From Rhodobacterales bacterium (GTDB lineage: Bacteria; Pseudomonadota; Alphaproteobacteria; Rhodobacterales; CAZPXZ01), in contig OZ244777.1 in assembly GCA_965219495.1 (NCBI GenBank), positions 302,940 through 366,939 of the forward strand: DNA of 64,000 nucleotides, given 5' to 3'. The notes beneath the pieces were generated by a model. That model was not told the origin of the DNA, did no database searches, and saw only the letters and a list, made by a program, of their open reading frames with translations. This document shows positions 58,156 through 64,000 of this stretch, in pieces. Position 1 is the first letter of the stretch. Each line of letters starts with the position of its first letter. The position numbers and the translations under genes were made by a program.

Positions 58156-59699
58156 GGCCGGGCGCCTACATTTTGAACGTCGAATACCAGCGACTCAAAC
58201 GCTGCGACGTTACGGACAAATGCATCGAGAGAGATTTGTCCCGTTCGGACGAATTGAAAAGCGTCAACCGTAATGGGTGATCCTCCGTGCTGAAGCCAAG
58301 CGCGGCGGAACGACTGACGGGTGGCGCCAGGGTCGAGGCCGGTTTCCAAGAGTTTGTGGTCGGGCGCCACCACCTCGCTCACAAGCGCTCGGCCGACAAA
58401 GCCCGTTCCGGCGCAGGCGTTGCAGCCGCTCCCCGCAAACCTTGCCTTGCCAAGCGATATCTGAAGACGCTCGGCGTCTGCAAGCAGTGCCCGGTACGCG
58501 TGCGAATCGGCGTTTCTTGTGGAGTAAGAACAGCTTCGGCAAGCCGAGGGAACCAGACGCTGAGCAATCCAGAGAATGTTGAGATGGTCAAACGCCCGGT
58601 ACCGTTCCACTCCAAGATCCATCAGGCGGAAAGGGATGTCGGTGGCAAATGCCGCGTGCAAGGTTGAGAATACGAGCGCACCGGACCCTGCCGCGCGATA
58701 TGCGGTGCGCGCGGACACGTGATCTCTGAGTTCGCCAATCTTGATGCCATCGGGGGCAAGCCGCAGCGCCGCAAGCAGCGCGCCTTCAAAAGCAGCTTCC
58801 TCGCTTTCGATCGAGGTGTTGACGGAGAATGACTGAATGTATGGGATGTGCTGGGTTTCAGGCGGATCCTCAACCGCAACGATATTCGGGAATTGAGCGT
58901 AACCTCGCGCGAATTCCTCAATGGCCAGGTTGAGCGTGGTGGATTTCCCGTGTTCTGTTGGACCCGCTACCACGAAGACTCCTGCGGAGGATTGAAGCGC
59001 GGAGCGAATGACCGAGGTTTGCTGCTGGCCGTATCCGGCTTCTTCGAGGGTCCGGCACTGAATGGCAGAGGACGCATAGGCTATGCGCAGGACAAGGACA
59101 AATCCTGTTGCTGTAGGCGCGTATTGCAGACGGACGCCCTGCACCTTGCCAGGAAGAAATTTCCGGTTCGTGATGGCGGCGCGGACTGCTCGAGTGGTAA
59201 TCGCCAAGGAGTCGCCGGCGTCACAGGCGTGAAAGGCGGCGTTGGAAATAGCGGTGGCGCGGTCCGGCTCCAGCTTCCGGTCATTGCGCATCAATCCGTC
59301 AACGCGTAGCCGGACCTCCGCTTCTTCGCCGGACCGGGAAATCAGGACATCTGAAGCATGCACCATCGCCGCACGCTCGAGGATGGAAAAGAATGCGTGT
59401 CGCGCTTGCGTCACGAATTCCGCAACGTCGCCAACCTTGGCGTTTGCTGCCGCAATCTGGTCCAGCGAAGCGACCTCGGGCTTTCTCAAGCGGATGTTCC
59501 CGCTGGCCGCATGTCGCTGGAGCATTTGGAATTCGGGATCGTCAAGCGCGGCAGGTGTCGCTAGCGTTCGCCCGTCTTCGAATATCGCGATGAATCTCCG
59601 GAGTCGGGGAGAGGCTTCGAGCGCACCGCCTCGTGCGCTGAGAATTTTGAGGGAGTGACTACGGCTTCCCCCGGAATTGATCTGGAGCGCCTCTGCCAT
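58152..59699 (-). CDS. pilQ: PilQ-like type IVb pilus assembly ATPase (GspE/PilB family)
   Basis: Walker A VVAGPTEHGKSTT, Asp box, Walker B, IKIGELRD, His box LVFSTLHA, and a tetracysteine CRSC...CNAC. Confidence 0.88.
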   Translation of the reverse strand: MAEALQINSGGSRSHSLKILSARGGALEASPRLRRFIAIFEDGRTLATPAALDDPEFQMLQRHAASGNIRLRKPEVASLDQIAAANAKVGDVAEFVTQARHAFFSILERAAMVHASDVLISRSGEEAEVRLRVDGLMRNDRKLEPDRATAISNAAFHACDAGDSLAITTRAVRAAITNRKFLPGKVQGVRLQYAPTATGFVLVLRIAYASSAIQCRTLEEAGYGQQQTSVIRSALQSSAGVFVVAGPTEHGKSTTLNLAIEEFARGYAQFPNIVAVEDPPETQHIPYIQSFSVNTSIESEEAAFEGALLAALRLAPDGIKIGELRDHVSARTAYRAAGSGALVFSTLHAAFATDIPFRLMDLGVERYRAFDHLNILWIAQRLVPSACRSCSYSTRNADSHAYRALLADAERLQISLGKARFAGSGCNACAGTGFVGRALVSEVVAPDHKLLETGLDPGATRQSFRRAWLQHGGSPITVDAFQFVRTGQISLDAFVRNVAAFESLVFDVQNVGARP

Positions 59700-59702
59700 G
59701 AT

Positions 59703-60209
59703 TCAAGGAATCAATTGCAGCACGTGAAGTTCAGCGCCGTCGGCCACGATCACGGAATCGCGACCAATGCGCTGAACAGTCAGATTGCTTCCAATGCTCG
59801 CGCCCGCACGCACGGGGAGTCGTTTTCCATCCGGGCCCAGGAGGATTGCAATCAGGTTTCCATTCGAACCGTAGATTTCGGAAATTTGAAATTCCCGCGC
59901 CTGAACCTTCCGATCTTCGACCGATGTATCTTCAGGAAGTTCGTTATCCGCCGCGAACGCCTGGTGCAGGTCCTCCGGGGAGGGGATGCATTCCCGATAG
60001 TTCGGCCGTAATGCACACAACCGCTGAAGAAGTTCGGCTTCCTTTACGGCGAAATCCAGTTCAAACAAGCGTTTCTGTTGGATTCGCAGTTGCTGGAGCG
60101 GATCCGGTGCAGACGCTTCATTCTTCGCGGTTTCCGCGGAAACTCCCGTTAAGCCGGACAGCAAAAGGGCTGACGCACCGCAAAGCAGGAATCTAATCAG
60201 GGCGGACAT
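59703..60209 (-). CDS. pilP: PilP-like pilus biogenesis protein
   Basis: Signal peptide, 168 aa. C-terminal EIYGSNGNLIAILLGPDGKRLPVRAGASIGSNLTVQRIGRDSVIV beta-domain, as in PilP. Confidence 0.6.
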   Translation of the reverse strand: MSALIRFLLCGASALLLSGLTGVSAETAKNEASAPDPLQQLRIQQKRLFELDFAVKEAELLQRLCALRPNYRECIPSPEDLHQAFAADNELPEDTSVEDRKVQAREFQISEIYGSNGNLIAILLGPDGKRLPVRAGASIGSNLTVQRIGRDSVIVADGAELHVLQLIP

Positions 60210-61464
60210 GAAGCAATCCCTTGATATGCCAAGAAAATTCTCGCGGTATGAAGTCGATCGAAGAGATTTCGGCTCCGTAAATTTCGCTTAAAGCACGAAG
60301 CCAGACCGGGGCGGGCGCCAGAGTTCGCAGTTCGTAGCTGAAGGTCTCTCTTGCAGTAGTGGTGGCGCTCATATATCCGGCGTCGACTCGGAAATTCTTG
60401 TCGAGCAGCGTCAGGCGTTGGCGAAGCATTCGCATGCCAGTTGAAGAGGACTGGGGATTTTGGAGAGAAATTCGGTCAACTCGAAGCGGGAGTATGGCGT
60501 TCGACTGGGATCCGGAATGACGAATGTCCGCTGTGGCGAATGCGTGCGAGAGTGTTTCGATATCCGAACCGGGTTCCCTCTGGAACTGCAGTGTCGCGGC
60601 GTCCCTGCGGCACGCCGCCGACGCCAGGGACCAACCCTGCAAGCCAGCCTGAAGGCCGTTGGCGACGGCTAACTCGCAGACTCGTACAAATTCCGGAATG
60701 GGTGTGATTTCCGTGTGAACCGCTTCAACTTGGGGAGTAACGGATTCTACGCTCGCCTGGTTCGGGTTGTTCAGCAGGTCGTAGGCCAGGGCCGCCGTGC
60801 CGGCGAACGTCGCGGCAGCGACAATCCCAGCCATAAGGACTTTGGGAAGCGAACGCGTACGCCGAAGCCGATATTCCGAGAGGTCGAGGAAGTCGGACAG
60901 CGGCGTGTGGCCACCGTCATTGTCCGCGAAGCCTTGCGGGACGGATACGGCGCTGAAATGGCGTCCGGGCGCAAGAACCTTCTTGTACGCCGCTTTCGCA
61001 GCCTCGACACATGTGAGAACCAGGTCACAAAGGACAAATTCGTCCGAAATGGCAATGACCCAATATCCCTTAGGAATTGACGCGGTCTGAAAATCAAAGA
61101 CCCCTGCGAAGTCGCTGCCAAACCTGCTCCGCACGGCTTCAGCCGCGGCGTAGATGCGCCCCCTCTCCTGGGACAAGCAATACATGGAAACCTGCACATC
61201 GGCTCCGGCGGGTACGCGAATCCAGTGTGTGGCGCCGGATTCGCGCATCGCCTTCGACTCCGCACGCCTGTCGTGGCGTCGAAACACCATCCATCGCCCA
61301 CCAAAAGCGTACTGCCGTCCGTCCCATTCGAAAACGTACGAATCGGATCTGAAATGGTTGGGCTGCTCTTCAACCGTTATGGGAACCTGCCGGGCGTCGG
61401 CTTCCAATTTCGTGGAAGCCCGCAAGGAAGAATCCGTTCGCAGAGGGGGAACGCTGCTGGTCAT
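60193..61464 (-). CDS. pilO: PilO-like type IVb pilus biogenesis protein
   Basis: 423 aa with one central TM segment, between the secretin and pilP genes as in R64/PFGI-1 clusters. Call is by position and size. Confidence 0.45.
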   Translation of the reverse strand: MTSSVPPLRTDSSLRASTKLEADARQVPITVEEQPNHFRSDSYVFEWDGRQYAFGGRWMVFRRHDRRAESKAMRESGATHWIRVPAGADVQVSMYCLSQERGRIYAAAEAVRSRFGSDFAGVFDFQTASIPKGYWVIAISDEFVLCDLVLTCVEAAKAAYKKVLAPGRHFSAVSVPQGFADNDGGHTPLSDFLDLSEYRLRRTRSLPKVLMAGIVAAATFAGTAALAYDLLNNPNQASVESVTPQVEAVHTEITPIPEFVRVCELAVANGLQAGLQGWSLASAACRRDAATLQFQREPGSDIETLSHAFATADIRHSGSQSNAILPLRVDRISLQNPQSSSTGMRMLRQRLTLLDKNFRVDAGYMSATTTARETFSYELRTLAPAPVWLRALSEIYGAEISSIDFIPREFSWHIKGLLHVRPD

Positions 61465-62957
61465 CGGAGGATGCTGGCTGAAACCAGCAGATACAGCCGG
61501 GAACGCCGCGTACCCGAAGTACGTCCGCCGCCCAGCAAGTTGAAGCTCGGCGCACCAATTCCCTCGGCAGAAGTATCTGCCTTCTGCTGTTCGTATCCTG
61601 CCAAGAGGAGGGTTTCATTGCGTCCAATTACAAGGTCGTGCGTGAGACGGCGTTCGTCGATCGTTGCGAGGTGGATGGTTCCTTGTTCTCCCGCCCTGAA
61701 GGGAGCGAGGTTCACGAGATCACGGGCGACCAGGGACAACGTAAGGTGCACTCTGTCCTTGTCGAGAATCCGGGGAAGAGCCGAAATCGACAGTCCGGTG
61801 TTGAGCGTCTCCGCTTCTACGGAAGTCGATCGCTCCTCATCGGACACCGTCACCGTGATATTGCGGACGATGTCTCGTTTGCGTGCGAGGCTGATCGGAA
61901 TCGGCGAACCATGCCGGGTAATTACGCTGGCGGTTCGGTAGTCGATCACCCGTTCCGTTCGCGAGAGTGCTCGAAGGATGACGGAAGATCCAGCTGATCT
62001 GGAACGGCTTCCTTGCGATTCTCCGGATGCAATGAAAGAAGCTATTCCAGGTGCAGCAACTTCGCTCGCTCGGCCCAACCGGACCGTCGCGTCGCCATCG
62101 AGCACCTTGTGCAGGAAATCCAGTGAGAGGCCAAAGTCGTCGAGATCCGCCACATCGAGAAATGCCGCAGCAACTTCAATGGAAATTCGCGCGTCAAAGA
62201 CGGCGTTGGATTGCTCCAAGTAGGCTCCGACCGCGCGATGCACGCTAGGCGGTGCCGTGACTGTCACGATGCCGGCGCTCGGGGAGAGCTGATAGTTGCC
62301 CGGCGATACAATCTCGGCGAGAGCGGTGTCAATTTCGTTCCAGACTTCCGATTTCAAGCGCAATGATGAGGAGTTTGCCCCTGTGTCGAATCCAGTTTCG
62401 CTTGTTTCCAATGAAAAGTGCGTCACCGCCGCCGACGCCCTCACGGCGTAAATCCGGGTTATCGCGTTCGTGATCTGGATCACGCCGTCCGAGTAGGTCC
62501 ACGTCGCGTCCCAATGACGGCTTGTGAGATCGAGGAACTCTGATAACGGTCCACTGAAACGGGCCCGCAGATCCTTGGAGCGTAAAGTGGCGGCCGCGGC
62601 GACGAGATCGACATTAACAATGACATGCAGGCCGGTGGCCGAAGTGACTCTCGCCGAAATCTCTTCGAGGGAAAGGGGAGTATCCGTCGCGAGCGAAAAC
62701 CCGGTGTTGGATTGCACCCGAGAAGGAAGCGAACGAGCCGCTTCGTCCATATTCTGGACTTCGCCAAGATAAGGCCGTTCGGCCCGGCGAATAACTCCAC
62801 TGCTGTCGATGTTGGATTTCGCCTTGCTCGTTTCGGTTTCGATTCGCTTCGATAGCCGGTCGGTGGTCAACGGGCCGGTAGGCCGAGGTTGACAGGCGGC
62901 AAGCAGGATTCCGGCAAGCACGGCGAGGGAAATGGTGATTTTCCTTAAGACGTGCAT
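61461..62957 (-). CDS. pilN: PilN-like secretin lipoprotein (type IVb pilus outer-membrane channel)
   Basis: Lipobox LLAAC. C-terminal secretin domain (LNTGLSISALPRILDKDRVHLTLSL...ETLLLAGYEQQ...SRLYLLVSASIL). Confidence 0.8.
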   Translation of the reverse strand: MHVLRKITISLAVLAGILLAACQPRPTGPLTTDRLSKRIETETSKAKSNIDSSGVIRRAERPYLGEVQNMDEAARSLPSRVQSNTGFSLATDTPLSLEEISARVTSATGLHVIVNVDLVAAAATLRSKDLRARFSGPLSEFLDLTSRHWDATWTYSDGVIQITNAITRIYAVRASAAVTHFSLETSETGFDTGANSSSLRLKSEVWNEIDTALAEIVSPGNYQLSPSAGIVTVTAPPSVHRAVGAYLEQSNAVFDARISIEVAAAFLDVADLDDFGLSLDFLHKVLDGDATVRLGRASEVAAPGIASFIASGESQGSRSRSAGSSVILRALSRTERVIDYRTASVITRHGSPIPISLARKRDIVRNITVTVSDEERSTSVEAETLNTGLSISALPRILDKDRVHLTLSLVARDLVNLAPFRAGEQGTIHLATIDERRLTHDLVIGRNETLLLAGYEQQKADTSAEGIGAPSFNLLGGGRTSGTRRSRLYLLVSASILR

Positions 62958-62964
62958 GCCGAGC

Positions 62965-63561
62965 CTACTCCGCAGTCAGGAGAATTAGGCGGTTGGGATG
63001 CACAGTAAGCACCGGTCTCGGCTCGGTATGAGCGAAGCCTTCCATCAGCCATTCAAGGGCCTCCACAAATTCCCCTTCGAAGGCCGCGTCAGCAGTGATT
63101 TCCCAAACGGGAAGCACCTGCGGCTTCTTTGCGGAGTGCTGGGCGCGTTCGGCGAAGCGGCTGATTGCCTGATAGAGCGTCTCTCCCGCCCTCACTTCCC
63201 ACTGGCGTTGTCGAAGGTTGCCGAGTGGTGCCGGTGTTTCGGGGAATGCTGGAACGGTGGGATCAGCAAGAGCGGATATGGTCGCAGGCGATTTGGACGG
63301 GAACATGGTTCTGCTGCTGAGAAAAGCGGCAGGTTCTCTAACCAGAATTTCCTGCGCACTATTCGTGTGCTCGGGTTGCCCCCCTTCGCCGGACGAAGCG
63401 TATTTTGTAATCACGACTTCGGAGCCCGATTCCGCCGTAATCTGGATTTGGGCAGCGGCACGAGGTGCCGGTCCGTTGAACAGCGCGCTGGATTCGTGCT
63501 GGCAACCTGTGCTTGCCACGAAGCAAAGCAGCAGACCGGCAGGTTTGGTCAAAGATTTCAT
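62965..63561 (-). CDS. pilL: PilL/TcpQ-like lipoprotein
   Basis: Lipobox VASTGC. C-terminal WEVRAGETLYQAISRFAERA...FEGEFVEALEWLMEGF...NRLILLTAE resembles the TcpQ/PilL domain. Confidence 0.6.
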   Translation of the reverse strand: MKSLTKPAGLLLCFVASTGCQHESSALFNGPAPRAAAQIQITAESGSEVVITKYASSGEGGQPEHTNSAQEILVREPAAFLSSRTMFPSKSPATISALADPTVPAFPETPAPLGNLRQRQWEVRAGETLYQAISRFAERAQHSAKKPQVLPVWEITADAAFEGEFVEALEWLMEGFAHTEPRPVLTVHPNRLILLTAE

Positions 63562-64000
63562 GCGCTACACCGTGATCTCTTGGACCTATAAAAACATCAA
63601 AAAAAGAATTCGTCAAGATAATTGGGTCTGAAAACGATCAGAACCGGCGCAACTATAAGGTAAATATAGAAACGTATGCGCTATAATCGGACAGATGAGT
63701 ATGAAGGTGGGCGGGAACGTTTGCCGGAATTGTGCCCCTGTGTCGCGTGTTCGAGATTCGTATTACCTTGGTTTTCGATGACTAGGCCGATACGAAACGA
63801 ATTCATGCTGGAATAGAATCGATGCAGATCGGATAACGTGATCGACCGCTCCAAATATCGTTGACGCAAAGATGTTTGCGGGGATGTGGAATGATATCTG
63901 CTCGGAACCTACGCCTGCTGGGTCAACTGCTTCCGTGACGACAAGCAACATCGCCGGGGGCCACCAGCAGGTCGTCGCCCCAGTCACTGTCGAGATGGAG

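Overview
This is a 64-kb, high-GC bacterial window. Codon usage and IS content look alphaproteobacterial, but the taxon cannot be verified here. It reads as a heavily rearranged accessory region, not core chromosome. Coding blocks that look intact: (i) a peptide-ABC permease and a DapA-family lyase (23-1817). (ii) A beta-oxidation-like operon with two crotonases, an acyl-CoA synthetase, a 3-hydroxyacyl-CoA dehydrogenase and a divergent PanB-family gene (8046-14002). (iii) A thiolase, a quinone oxidoreductase and an SDR (16781-19924). (iv) A zeta-toxin-like pair (20609-21398). (v) TRAP transporter dctPQM plus a PhyH dioxygenase (24056-28274). (vi) A 3-hydroxyisobutyrate-DH-like gene and an MhpD-like hydratase (33404-35551). 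(vii) A split ACAD10/11-like module of ACAD, double-hotdog hydratase, histidine phosphatase and APH-type kinase (35907-41377). (viii) An acyl-CoA synthetase, SDR and SCPx-type thiolase (44016-47577), with a decayed second copy of part of it at 5342-6546. (ix) A lower-GC, tightly packed type IVb pilus operon pilL-N-O-P-Q-R-S-(M)-V (55036-63561), typical of integrative conjugative elements. Between these blocks lie remnants of more than ten mobile-element families: IS4 and DUF4338 fragments, a group II intron, a RIT-like tyrosine-recombinase element, IS21 x4, IS6 x2, IS3, IS1380, IS630, IS110, IS66, ISAs1, IS1634, one unassigned DDE transposase and a stand-alone tnpB. Several are nested insertions whose ends and target duplications can be read directly. 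There is one complete tRNA-Ser(CGA) and a 3' half of a tRNA-Thr(CGU). I saw no CRISPR array, rRNA or obvious transcription-factor gene. The most unusual items are three. First, a tnpB unit bracketed by 32-nt inverted repeats and hairpins, with a candidate omega-RNA region. Second, an inverted pair of DUF4338 (DruA-like) element ends bracketing about 9 kb of cargo. Third, a pilus operon whose two pilin-like genes share an M-x-x-L-V-G leader with Ser at +5 and no prepilin peptidase in view. All homology calls come from reading the translations by eye; no searches were run.
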